Origin: Epiperipatus broadwayi
Taxonomy: Eukaryota; Animalia; Onychophora
DNA: 64,000 bases
Assembly: GCA_028023455.1 (NCBI GenBank)
Contig: JAQFVV010000004.1
Span: 19,344,001-19,408,000, forward strand
Direction: 5' to 3'
Shown: piece by piece, positions 1 to 12,451 of the stretch
Numbering within the stretch: position 1 is the stretch's first letter
How the letters are laid out: each line of letters begins with the position of its first letter
The notes under the pieces: model-generated
Told to the model about the DNA's origin: nothing
What the model saw: the letters and a program-made list of their open reading frames with translations, nothing else
Database searches by the model: none
Program-made: the position numbers and the translations under genes

Positions 1-1900
1 TTATATGTCATAAAAAACAACTTCATCCATCACCAAAGTACTTTTTTTAGGTTGCCTTTAATTCATTTTCTCGTGAATTCAGAGAGGTGCAATTCCACAT
101 GCTCCATGTGTTCTATTGTAGAATTAGCCGCAAGTACATCAACTATGTACATAATTACAATTTCTATGATTTCAGAAGATAGAATCTGGGCTAAACATCA
201 TAATAACCTGGCCCCACTATTTATTAAATCAAAAGGCATCTAATTAAATTGATATGAGTATCCATCATACCTGAATACTCTAAACTGATAGTTCTGAGAA
301 TGGAGTTTGATTTCTAATAACTAGATATTTAGATCAAATATAGAAAAAAAATTCCCTTTAAATCTCATTAATAGTTCCTGCATGGTTGGAATAATATTAC
401 AGTCTGGAATCATTATTTATTTAATTGCCTTGCATTGAGGCATAGCCTGACTGTTCCATCTTTTTTCTTAACCAATACCAAGGGATTACAATATGATGAA
501 GAACATTTTGAAATGATATCCCATCCATCATTTGCTTGAGTTGTTTCTCCACTTCTTACTTATATTGGTGTTAGGACCAGCTAAGATCTTGACAGAAATG
601 GTTGATCTTGTGTCCGTTTAATTCTCTGCTTAAAATCTTTGATGACTCCAGGGATGTCTGAAAATACCATATTATATTTTTCAAGGATTGACTTTAATAC
701 TTCTTCCCACTTACCAGTAGCCAATTTAGATTCTTTATTCTTTTGAGTAATTGTGGTATCTGGTGTCAATTTCCTTATACAATACATCCCTATAGATTAT
801 ATAACTGAGGTAATAAAATCATTAGCACTTCATTATTACACATGATTTGTCTCTTAATACAATTTAGACTACACATATTTACATAGAAAATCAGACCCTA
901 GTAGTATTTGGTTTATAAGATCCTTCATGATTTAAATATAAATGTGATATCCCTCTTTTATTAACTTGCAATTCTGCTCAAATTTGCATTGGTGCTAGTT
1001 TCACCTTATGGATTATTGTCCATGGTTATGTGTATAGAGTTCAGTGGCAATGTTTGCATATTGGTTAATGATTTAATACTTTCTGATATATTTGCTCCAA
1101 TATAATGGAGATTTGGCTGTCAGAATCATCTACCATTCTTCCTTTAAATACTATTCTTACTTTAGGACATGTCTGTGAGGCATAACATGGCATTCTATCA
1201 TTCCATGAGCACACCAAATGCATTATTTCTTTGGTTTCATCCCCTTTGTAGTTCCACTTTTTCTCTCCAACTTTGAAATTGGCATGACTTATCATGGCTT
1301 CCTTCCAATTCTCTACACCTTTCTTCTGTTACAAGTGTCTATTTCACTATCTGTTTCTTTTCCCTTAGTTTGTTTATCTTTCTGTGTCCCATTTAATGTT
1401 TCCCTATTATTTCTAGCTTCCATAGTATTTATTGCTATGGTACCTATTATTTTGTTCAAAAAATTTAGGCTATTGTTAATGTGCACTTATGTCTGCCTTT
1501 AATAATTTAAACCACATTATGTGTAGGCTTCTTACCTGCACTTAGCAACATATACAGTATTTGCAAGAGCAAATTACGACACATAATGCTTACAATTGCA
1601 CTCTCTGTCATATTACATTTTTCAAGGGTCCTTAAATAAGCCACTTGTCATTGGGAAAACTGGGTATAGCTCTTTCCACTGTCAACTTTAAACTTTTTCT
1701 GTATGATATGGTATTTGACAATTTGCTGGAATTCTTCCTACTAAAAATTATCCATTACAACCTCTGTACTTTTGAAAAGTTTTAGACTGGTGAAATAGCA
1801 AATCCCACTATAATTTTATGTCTCCTTGAAGATGATTACAAGTCGTCACTAACTTTCTCTTTTCGAACATAGGGATTTATATAAAATATTTCTGTTAAAC
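1..1900 (-). mobile_element. Decayed Ty3/Gypsy LTR-retrotransposon pol remnant (retropepsin + RT), running off the window start; upstream boundary approximate
   Basis: Minus-strand pieces with stops/frameshifts: PKVRIVFKGRMVDDSDSQISII and ILLGSDFLCKY (aspartic protease), VFSDIPGVIKDFKQRI, SSSYCNPLVLVKKKDGTVRLCLNARQLN, YQFN*MPFDLINSGA, YIVDVL (YVDDIL-like). Confidence 0.8.
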
Positions 1901-4116
1901 TGTTTATATGTTACACTGGAGCTCTTAAGTGGTATTAATAAACACTTGATTGTCAAACTATGTATTGTGTTAATTCTATCAATTTATTTCAAAACATTTT
2001 TTCTTTCTAAAATGTCATTTCAGTAAACAAACAATTAATAACAAATCTGACAAAATTATGATTTTCCCAAATATATATTTTATATATCTACCTTTCACCC
2101 ATCTGAATAAAATATAATATACAATCTACACAATAACTTCTTTTTACCATTATACGGCTCTACATTAAATATAAACTTCTATATATAGAGTTAATTCAAA
2201 ATCCCCTTCTCTTTTTTCATTTCCCTTCATATATGTATATATGTATATTCATGTCTGTGGAACAGCACTCGCATTTATTTCATTTCAATAAAAATTTTAT
2301 TAACAATAAATAGTGATTACATACTAATAAAGGATAGATAAATGAATAAATTGTACAATAATATGATTGTATAATGTTCTATTTGTTATCTGGCTAGATT
2401 TTGTTATGAGAGTACAATTGTTACACTCGCATTTATGCATACAGGATTTTTGCATTCTTTTCTTCTTAAATAATAAAGAAGTAACAAAAAAAAAAAAAAC
2501 AGAAAACAAAATTTCACAATCAAATTAAAATAAAAGAAAAGATAAATTTTCACCTTACTTCCTGGGATTATAACAACAAACACTAGTAAGCTTGCCTAAA
2601 TATGTAAATGTCTACCCACAGAATGTTCATATCTTTTGGAATCAAAGTCTTGTTTTTCAGTGGATTCTAGGCTGACCTTCAGTAACAGGTAATGTATGCA
2701 TTTGCATTTCTTATGAACCTTTAATATCTTTTTCATTAGAAGTTTACATTGGAGTCCATTTTGGCAAATCGATTATCAGACAGCAGACAGATATCAAGAG
2801 AAATAATGCAATCACATGGTTAATATGGAAGATAAATCTGATATACTTCTGTTTTCTCCTCATATTTATTATTTGGTAATGAATACTACATATTACGGAC
2901 ATGATATATATTTTAATGGGCACAGAATGCTTATTCCTGCTACTTTTTTTTTTTTGTTTGTTTATCAAAAAGCCTTGGTTAATTCTTTTAAACTCTATGT
3001 AATTTAAGATTCACTTTAGAGTTCAGTTAAAATCTCAATTTTTTTCTCCACAAAAGTTATTTTCTTCTCCCCTCTGGAAAACATAAATACAACAAAAATA
3101 GCAGCCAAAGAAACATCCGTACAAAGCAAAAGTATATATATCTTCTTTCAACATTTTTCTTTTTATATTGCCTTACATGAAAAAAAAAATGTTGACTCAT
3201 CTTTCAGTGGTCAGTATTAACATTTATCTTTTTTTCTATCTTGTATAAAAATAACACAAAATTTTCCATTTTTTTAAAAATATTACAATCTTTAAATAGC
3301 ACATAATTACAAACTTTTTAATATGGTTTGATTGCCTGTTTTGACTATGAACAAAAAAAAATCTTGTACATTGAATCAGTATAAGATTTATTTTACATTG
3401 ATAAGATAAAACATAATCTTATTAATTAATCCATTATAGGATCTATATATATCTTTCCCCTTTATGAAAAAAATTAAAATTTTTTATCATTAGTCACATT
3501 CCACATATCACTTAACAAAATTCTTATATAATTACTCTATGCTCAATTAACAAAAATGCTGAGGTAAATATACATAATATATAAATTAAGACATTCTTCT
3601 CTTTATATTTTAAAAGGTTTAAATAAAATAAAATAAAAATACATCTTTAAAAAAAAAATCTTAATTTTAAAAGAAAATTTTATATCATAATAAAACAAAA
3701 TCTCAAAATAAAATATAATTTATATTGTGTGTGTACACACCTTTTGACCCACAGACACATTTGTAATTATTTCAAGCCCTTTTTAGCCATTTCTGGCTAA
3801 GGTTTATTTATATTAAAATACCTTAAACATTGTGAAAAGATTCAAATCTTAATCCCCAATAACTTTAATATCCATAATTACATATATTTTTAAAAAAATC
3901 AGAGTTAATATTAATTATGTATAGTTATTAAATTTCATTTAAGCAATAATATCTAATCATTAATTTATTAAAAAACAAACAATTAAATTGATATTTTTTG
4001 TTTGTAACAAATTTTATCATTTCAATTATCTGAACTCAGATTTTCAAGCATCCTTTAATTATCCACACTATCTCATACAACTGATACACATGACCACACA
4101 CATGTAGAAAAGATAA

Positions 4117-4175
4117 ATAATCATCAATATACGTATTTCGTGCTAAACCAGCACTCATCAGTTGGTCCAGATTAT
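4117..4175 (-). ncRNA. Type I hammerhead ribozyme, family A
   Basis: Minus strand ATAATC-TGG-ACCAA-CTGATGA-GTGCT-GGTTT-AGCAC-GAA-ATACGTAT-A/TTGAT-GATTAT: intact core, 5-bp stem II, palindromic stem III, one stem I mismatch. Confidence 0.8.
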
Positions 4176-4477
4176 CATCTACCACACACATATATAATCA
4201 GTGCTCAGTTTATATTAAGATAGCAAATCTTTATACTTTAATGGACAGGCTTCAATCTACTCCAACCTCCAACTTTTTAGCCATCCATATCATTAAAAAT
4301 CTGATGATGAAAACCCAAATCCCACACTAATATTGATGGCTGAAAAGTTGGAGATTGGAGTAGATTGAAGCCTGTCCATTAAAGTATGAAGATTTGCTAT
4401 TTTAATATAAACTGAGTACTGATTATATATATATATATATATATGGGAGATGATAGTCTGGGTCAACTGATGAGTGC

Positions 4478-7043
4478 TGAAACAGTAAGATTCGTATTCG
4501 AATCTTAAGTTTCACCTTTTTCTGTTGTCTCTCACTGACCGGTCTATCCCGCCCAAATTTAAACTTTTTGGTATCGAATTGTGGGTGTAGCAATATTAAA
4601 AATGTATAAATATATGTAGAATTCAGCATAAACACACACACATTTTGATCTCAAGTTAAAGGCAATAAATAGGGATAAAATAATATAATTTAGATTTCTT
4701 TTAGTTATATGATTTTGTATAATTTTAATCATTTATTTTGGATTATAAAGTTCGTATTTATTGCTTTGTTTAAATTTCGTTTAATAATAATTCTAAAAAA
4801 ATCTGATGTAATATTTAATTAAAAGTTAAAATAATCTTATGTTCCCTTTTTGTCTTTGAAATTTAAAAGCATCGGTCAGTGTTAGATAATAGATTAATTA
4901 AAGAAAAATTCCCCAAAATGTAATTAGTAAATGTAAAATGTAAACAATAGAACGGCAGCTTTCTTTAATTAAAACCAACAAAATGCATTGATTATCCTCA
5001 GGGCAGATTAAGTAGAACCTAAAAATACCTTAACAAAAATGTGAAAGATCAAGATAAGAAAAGAGGCCATCTTAGACTTGCTGGAGACATTCACTTCAAC
5101 TTTAGCTTTGCTCTCGATCACTGAGTGTCTCCAAAAATATAAAAATAATTTGTTCCTGCCAAGGTATGACCGAGTAAAGCACCTAGATTATTCTCCATCG
5201 GGAGATGGCCTATCGGATCCGAACTTTCCATTGCCCATCATAAATTTACCATGAAGATCTGCTGCCTGAAATAAATGTGAAAGTTGCTGCTGCTGTGAAA
5301 GTAAATGAAATATCTAAATACAAGAAAGAATTGCCACTCATGAACTTTTTGCTGCTAAACTAATGGAATCAGAAAACTTCTTATAAAACAAGTACCTGTC
5401 TGTGTTCAAACTCTAGAGTACTCTAATAATATGCTATAGCACTTCTTCATATTACTTATCTAAATTATAAAATGTAAAAATTATCATTTGTATAACTAAA
5501 ATTGAATAATTAATTTAATGTGTAAATTTCTCTAATAATCTAGCTTACCTCACTCTATCTTTCTTGGGTGCGTATTTCTCAAATCTAAATTTTATCTATA
5601 GTTATTATTTAATTATTGCATGCTCATAATTGTCTCAATTTTCAAAGTTTAAATCTATGATCGCTTGGATCAATGAATGCGTGTCAAATTTTCATTAATA
5701 TTTGCTTTCATAACTAACTTAACTTTCATATAAATCGACACACATTCAACGCATCATTTATTGTAATGCAGGGGTCTACTACTTCGCAAATGGCTGATGT
5801 ATTAGTTATAATAATTCCCAATTTATATATGTTTTGTATTTATTAAATCATCATAAATAATTCCAGAAAATTACATTTCTTTGAGAGTCACCAACATTCT
5901 TTAGTAAATGTTGATAATGTAGGACCGAATTAGAAATCTATTTAAATCTTATCATAATCGTTTATACTTATACATGTGTTACGTTTTAAAGACACATGAT
6001 CTATTCCGCTGTAAATATTTCGGATTCTTCAGGGTTGAAATTAACCCCAGCCGTCCTACACAAGCGGACATAATAAATGCTCCCGTAGGATTTGACTCGT
6101 CATGCAGCCAGCCGGCAAATTGCAACACGGACCACTTGTCCCTGGTTATGCTTATGTGACACCTTACTTTGTCAGGCCGAGGCAGAGACCAGCCCGACAG
6201 TCTTATAAACTCATTCACGGTTTCAATATACTGCCATTCCATATCGCCTTTCTAAAGTGTACCACGTGTTCCTTTACTTAATTTTATTATTCCATATATC
6301 ACTCCGCCTCTGCATTATCTTCATAATTCACTCTCAAATAAATGTTTGCCCTTAGTCATAAAATAAATATTTTAATTAAATAAATATATGTCTGCCGCTA
6401 CTCTTAAATCTTACTTTAGACTCTTGCATTGCAAAGGTATAAATTCCCCAAGGCATGCATTAGAAATACTTACTCAAGAATTTTAGGTAGCTAGATTATG
6501 CCTTCAAATAAATGAATTCCTTTTGTAAACATTACAGTATCGGAAATACCGCTACTGAAGCCCTCAATATAAAATAATGTATAAATAAATAAATGTATTC
6601 TTTAAAATATAATAGTATTGCAAATCACGCTAATGAAGCTTTGAATCCATAAAATATTATTAGTAAATGATTTTCTTATTAAAATGTGTGAATAAATAAT
6701 TTTAAACTATACATCTGCAGTTACGTTTCATTTATTCGATATCCATTCTATATAATATTTCCTCAATTATGTAAATATGAATGTTTAATTAATATTAGTT
6801 TGATTATTGGCTAACTCGAGAATAAAATCATGAATCTCTTGCATATCCCTGACCACCCTGCCTAAGGAAATATTTACTAATGTCGCATCAGATGTGTTGT
6901 TTCGTGGATTGTATTGTGGAACCGATAAACTATGTTCGAACTCAGTAACACGGGTGGCTTCGCTACCTCGATGGTGCTGCTGTTCTGTGTGGTGGTCGAA
7001 TTCTGCACTATGTTTACGAGTCACATGTTTTCTGACTGTTACA
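4478..7043. mobile_element. 2566-bp CpG-rich insertion with TG...CA ends (solo-LTR-like, or non-autonomous TIR element)
   Basis: Ends TGAAACAGTAAGA / TCTGACTGTTACA (11/13 inverted match); 4-bp TSD GTGC at 4474-4477 and 7044-7047; the flanks rejoin into a continuous family A HHR. Confidence 0.75.
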
Positions 7044-8075
7044 GTGCTGGTTTAGCACAAAATACCGTATATTGGTGATTATTTATCTTTTCTACATGTG
7101 TATGATCATGTGTATCAATTGTATGAGATAATGTGGATAGTTAAAGGTTGCTTGAAAATCTGAGCTCAAAACCCCTATACTTACAATTAAGCTCCAGGTT
7201 TATGAAGAGTGCCTGGTTTTCAAACATTTCAATTATCAAAACTTTTAGTAGAAAATTGCAAAAAAATTAAAAAGATTATTATTTTTAACTTTTATGAGTA
7301 GGTTGCAAACAACAAAAATATGCAAATGAAAAATATTAAAGTAAAGTCAACTCCTCTTTAGAATTAAAAAAAAAGGTGAGGGGTCAACTATTGTATCTCT
7401 GAATTATAAAAATTAAAAAGAAAAGATATTATTGTTATTATTGTTAATGTTGATTCAAAATTTAAATTAAAACATGCAGACAGACCATAATTTGTCAAAT
7501 AAGATGCTATATATGGATATCAAAAGCAATGGAAGCATATATCTATGATGTATCTTCATGGTTCTGAATTTAGAACCAAAAGAAAAAGATAAAGGAGATC
7601 AATAATGATGGATTGAGACTTACAAAGTCTGTTTGTTTTAAAAAAAATTATGGTATTGAATTTTCAGGAATTTTTTTATTATAAATATATTTCTGTATTC
7701 CCAGTACTAGATAACTCACCCAACACAAGATATATCCAAAATTGATTTACATTCATTTAGGATAACTAATACAAATGGTCGTTTATTATTTTGTTTTGGT
7801 CATTTTGTCTTGGTTGAGAATATAATGCAGTAGGGATACTGAAATGTCTATCAACAGCATTTGGCTTCATTGGTCAATATAATGCTGTCTGTATTATATA
7901 TATACAAATGGTAAATAAGGCTTCTTTTGCCATGTAACTTTCGACACAAATTTTTTAAAATGATAATGAAATATTTATCAACTTTGTTTATCTTTTGTTA
8001 ATGGTGCTTTCCTTGTTATCATGATGAAGAGACTGCCGTTTCAAATTATTTTAAAGACAGTTAGTTAATCTGATG

Positions 8076-8182
8076 TCAAGCGTTGTTAGCCGAGAGGTCA
8101 TCGCAGCCGCCTTGCAAGCTAGTAGTTGGTTGCAGACGGTTATGGGTTCGCCACCCGGCCGATGCTATGCCATATGAAAAAA
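8076..8182 (+). mobile_element. Short tRNA-derived SINE (tRNA-Gly-like head, long subtype)
   Basis: tRNA-like body, A-tail, 17-bp TSD AGTTAGTTAATCTGATG at 8059-8075 and 8183-8199. Confidence 0.85.
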
Positions 8183-8312
8183 AGTTAGTTAATCTGATGA
8201 AATTTTTTAAAAATTCTCACATAATATTTATAAACTACATTTTAAAATAAAAATTATGTTCATTGCTTACCAGTTAGTTAATTTAATTTTAAGTTATACT
8301 ATAGTATATTGG

Positions 8313-8380
8313 TTTTTTTTTCATATGTCAAATGCGTTGACCGAGAAGCGAAACCGAGCCAAGCTGTTTGAAAGGCATTC
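8313..8380 (-). mobile_element. 5'-truncated tRNA-Gly-derived SINE
   Basis: Minus strand GCCTTTCAAACAGCTTGGCTCGGTTTCGCTTCTCGGTCAACGCA-TTTGACATATG-A-tail resembles the 3' half of tRNA-Gly(TCC) plus the family tail. Confidence 0.6.
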
Positions 8381-9519
8381 CTCACAAAAACAAAAGAAAT
8401 GGATAGAATTTTTTCCACCTAATTAATGACAATAATTTAAAAATAATAATTTTTTTGATTCTTAAAATGTTTTGAAAAAATATATAATAATTTTTAAGTA
8501 TTATATATATGTGTGAGTGTGAAATCAATTGTATTTAATAAAATAATAAATATTTTTATCTATATTTACAAACATTTTTTTTTATAAAAGAATAATAATA
8601 TGGACTAGAAAGAATTTTATATAAATTTAGAATGTTACTATTATAATTATTTATTACTATTATTATTTATTTAAAATTCTAAATACATTGCATCTTAATC
8701 ATATATATATATTAGATGGTGAGCAGGTATTTAGATGCTAGTTTTTGTATGAAAATAGAGCTCAAATATTATCTAGTTATTTTAAAATTTTACAATTAAC
8801 ATCCATTTTCTTGTACTTCAAATATGTAAATGTAGATATTAGAAAAAGTAAGCAAATGTTTCCTAGAATATATTTCAACAATAGCACACTTTTGTATTTA
8901 TTAATATCTGTTATATATATTGTAAGCACCTATTTATAACAATTATCTTTCAATAAAGACTTAAATGATTATTAATGATTTAAAAGTAATTTTAAATTAC
9001 ATAATTTTGGTATGGATTTTTTAATTTATTAAATTACAAATATACTGATAATAATTTTACATGGGTAATAATAAATTTTGTTTTTGAGTTGAGTTTCTTT
9101 ATTATTATATATATATTTCAATTTTAAAAACAATTTTATTTTATATCTTATTTTACTAAACTTGTAACCTTTTTTTTTTTTTGAGGTTTGTCTCTGAAAA
9201 GACCGCAGGTTCCTCTGAAACAGAGCAAAAAAGAGATAATGAAGGTTTATTATTATTGTATGATGATGTTTCAATAACAATAATTTTATTAAACTTTGTT
9301 TACAAAAATTACCCAGGTTTGATTGCAAAAGTTACAGTGGCAATCTTTTTTTTTTTTGGGAGGGGGAGGGGTTTAAAATATTCAATAATTATATCAATCA
9401 TTTGTAATTTATATTTGAGTATCAAGCTTTTAAATTATTACTATATTTGCAAAAAACTTAAATTCTATCTTCAGGTTGCCAGAGCATTCTTCAATATATA
9501 AAAACGGATAACACTAACT

Positions 9520-12254
9520 GTTGAGCACTTATTTGTACTGTTTTAAATTAAAGGCTCACTGGTTGTTTGAGAAGGGACTAAATTGCCACATGTATGTCTG
9601 GAGGAGAAATTCTGGAATCCCTATTCTTAAGTTTGTTTATAAAAGTTGATGAATGTCATCTGGAATTATTTCCTAGAATAAATGTACACCAAAATGCAAA
9701 TAGTATAATTGTATTAGTCCAGCCTGTAGGTGTGGTAGACTTTTGATATGAGTTTATTTGCTAAATTGAGTTTTGGTTGCCTATATGTATTTAAGATAGA
9801 TTGTGAATTTTGTTCAAGATGGCACAGTCCACAGAATGGATCAATGTGTTTGTACAACCATCGATATCTGATAAAGTACAAGGTAGCTAAGGCAAGCAGG
9901 TGAAGTCAGATTAGAAAATCAAATAATTTTGGCTCAAGTGACCATCTCCAGAATTTATGTAATAGTTGTTTATTGCTAACATTGGGGGAATTTAGAGCAG
10001 AGTGTTGGGTTATAGCATATTGAAGTTTAATAAAGCAATTAAGAGTAGAGGCAAGTAAATTACTTGTCCTCTGAAGTTTCAAGGTTATGAAGATCCAATC
10101 CATTTTGAATAGATGGTTGACTAAGCTGTTTGTGAGATATGGAAATTACCTTTTTTTTCCACAAAAGCTTATTGCAAAGGTAGGAAATGATAGATGTAAA
10201 TACTTTTGTGCGAATTTAATTATGGGTGTGTAATAATTTACCTTTTTTAGAACAAGTACATTGAACAATTGGATTTTTGAATAGATAGAAAGGTATACTT
10301 TAGATAAAGAAGTAGTAATTTTTAGTGTGTTATCCTTAAGTTTGTTTTTTATGTTTTGCCTCATTCCATGTGTCTCCAATTAAAATGAAAAGCCAAGAAA
10401 TGTGGTGGGTTTTCCTTTAAAGAATTTTGCATGTAATTTATTAGTACACAGTGACCATGCAGCAGTTTTGTTAAGATTACACTTTAGTTTGTGAGTGGAT
10501 ATGTAGTTTTGAAGTAGTTTTTAAAGCATTGGTAGTTATTTTATGAAGGGAGGAAAACAAATATGTCATCCATATATGCAGTACGAGATCAACTGTTCTG
10601 TGTGGGAATATGGATACCAGTTATTTTCTGCTGAATTTGGATTAGAAGAGGAATGATATAACAAGTGAATAGAAGCAAAGTTAATAGTGATCTTTGGGAA
10701 ATGGATTGAGTAGGAGTGAATTAATTCAAATTTCTTCCATTAAGAGTACTGTGTATCTCATGGCTTAGTATTAGGTTGGTGATTAGAGGTAGTAATGTAG
10801 TTGGTATTGTAGTTTCAGCAAGTATATATATTAATATTCTAATGTGAACTGAATTAAAGCTGCTTCAATGTCAACCTGTATAACTGTGGGTGCATGTTTT
10901 TTTTCTTACGCAGCATTTTGAATTGTTTTAAATATTAGTGCAGTTTGTGTTGTCAATGAACCCTTCTTAGCAAACTGCATTGGTGAAATCAGGGGAAGCA
11001 AGTGCACTTCTAATTGGGTTTTTATGATTTTTTTCCAAGATTTTTTGGCTAGTCGACACATGGAAATAGGCTGAAGGTTAGAAAGTATAGATATTGATGT
11101 TGGCTTTTTGATGAATGGAACCAAAGCTATGGGATCTAGTACATTAATTGGATATATTTTCTGTGAGAGGTAGTTAGCAAGGCTACAGAGATATCTGTTA
11201 GTGAATTGACTAAGATGAAAAAATATAAAATTGGATATTCCACGAGTTCCTGGATGATGTCTTTTAAATGGTTGCCAGCTTATCATTAAACTGATCAATA
11301 CAGAATGATTCATGCATTGCCCAAAATAGCATGGAGTTGGATTGAATACAGGATATGTTGTAGTTTTTTCTGGTAATGTTGGCAAATAAGATGAATGGAT
11401 CATGTTGTGACCAGGATAGTTGGCCTCTTCAACTTGCAGTGCCATTAGGACTCTCATCTTGGAGGACCTAATTCCCATCTAATATATTCCTGAGTCCAAG
11501 TGTGTTGTTGACTAAGACAAATTTTTGCTTTTTTGATTGCAAGATACTCTTTAAGTTGTTGATAAGTTTTATTGTGTTTGTATAAGCTGGTATATCTGCT
11601 GTAAAGTATAATGAGTAGTATTTGCCATCTCATAAGCCATTGCAAAAAGACAAGGAGAAATAGTTCCCATGTAGTATGGTGAATGTTACTGGAAATTATG
11701 TTTATAAATACTAGATATTTTTGAATTGGGTCAATGGTTAATCCTTTCAATTTACTTAGTATTATATGTATCTCCCAAAACAAAGATTTTTCAAGTGTTG
11801 GTGGCCTAGTGGTTAACATAGCTGCCTTCCAAGCAGCTGGCCCAGATTAGCTTCCCAGTCAATGCTTTGACATATATATAAAAAAAGATTTAATGGTGAT
11901 TGATGAAAGAAGAATTCATGTCGCTTTTTCAAGTTGTATATTGGTGATGCATAGGTGATTTAAATTAATTGTGATGGGTTGTTCCAGAGTGATCAGAGAA
12001 TGGATTAGGATTAATATTATAATTTTTATTTTTCTTAACAATCACTCTAATAGCATATGGACAAAAGAAATCATGTAGCCTATATTGCTTTGTTGAATAA
12101 AGACAATTGAAAACGATTAATAATAATCTAATTGGCCTTAATATTATATTATTAGTTTTCAATGGTATTTATCCAACAAAGCAATATAGGTTACATGATT
12201 TTTTTTGTCCATATGCTGTTAGAGTGATTGTTAAGAAAAATAAAAATTATAATA
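9520..12254 (-). mobile_element. Decayed non-LTR retrotransposon ORF2 (APE endonuclease end + RT), L1/Tx1-like, with 5' fold-back
   Basis: PNPFSDH (APE C-terminus), PFIKKPTSISILSNLQPISM...QFAKKGSLTTQTAL (RT N-terminal region), AYMDDIFVF at ~10565-10579, C-terminal CGLCH; many stops and frameshifts. Confidence 0.8.
11791..11886 (+). mobile_element. tRNA-Gly(TCC)-derived SINE inserted in the LINE
   Basis: GTGTTGGTGGCCTAGTGGTTAACATAGCTGCCTTCCAAGCAGCTGG closely follows tRNA-Gly(TCC); degenerate B box; TTTGACATATA + A-tail. Confidence 0.75.
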
Positions 12255-12337
12255 CAAAGGTTAACATGTGGCTCACAAAATTTTGAAAATAAAAGAAAGC
12301 TCACAATTGGTTTACATTTGAGGTATTGAGTTTCTGC

Positions 12338-12451
12338 TTTTTTTTTTCTTCATATGTCATAGCATCGGCCGGGACGCGAACTCACAACCGTCTGCAACCA
12401 ACTACTTGCTTGCAACGTGGCTGCGATGACCTCTCGGCTAACAACGCTTAA
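12338..12451 (-). mobile_element. tRNA-derived SINE, long subtype
   Basis: Near-identical reverse complement of 8076-8182, with T-run (A-tail). Confidence 0.8.

Larger units (their letters stand above)
4031..7230. mobile_element. Family A HHR repeat, inverted pair; right arm split by a nested 2.57 kb insertion
   Basis: 4031-4295 is the reverse complement of 4333-4477 joined to 7048-7170; homologous to copies at 28.2, 30.6 and 46.0 kb. Confidence 0.85.

Noticed and set aside
2556-2968. GC-richer patch with short ORFs and a donor-like site
   Set aside because: Stops in every frame; motif resemblances too weak.
4301-4320. Second CTGATGA in family A (also ~28496, ~30898)
   Set aside because: No stem II/GAAA/stem III arrangement follows.
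6015-6036. CTGAAGA-ATCC-GAAA on minus strand
   Set aside because: No stem II and no stem I pairing; chance match to the HHR core.
5974-6242. Overlapping short ORFs in a CpG-rich patch
   Set aside because: Inside the same insertion; no recognisable domain.
6785-7024. 79-aa ORF with protein-like composition
   Set aside because: Lies at the terminus of the TG...CA insertion, has a GTG start and no recognisable motif; not supportable as a host exon.
7780-7960. Possible hAT dimerisation-domain remnant (NAVDRHFS) on minus
   Set aside because: Too short and degenerate to support.
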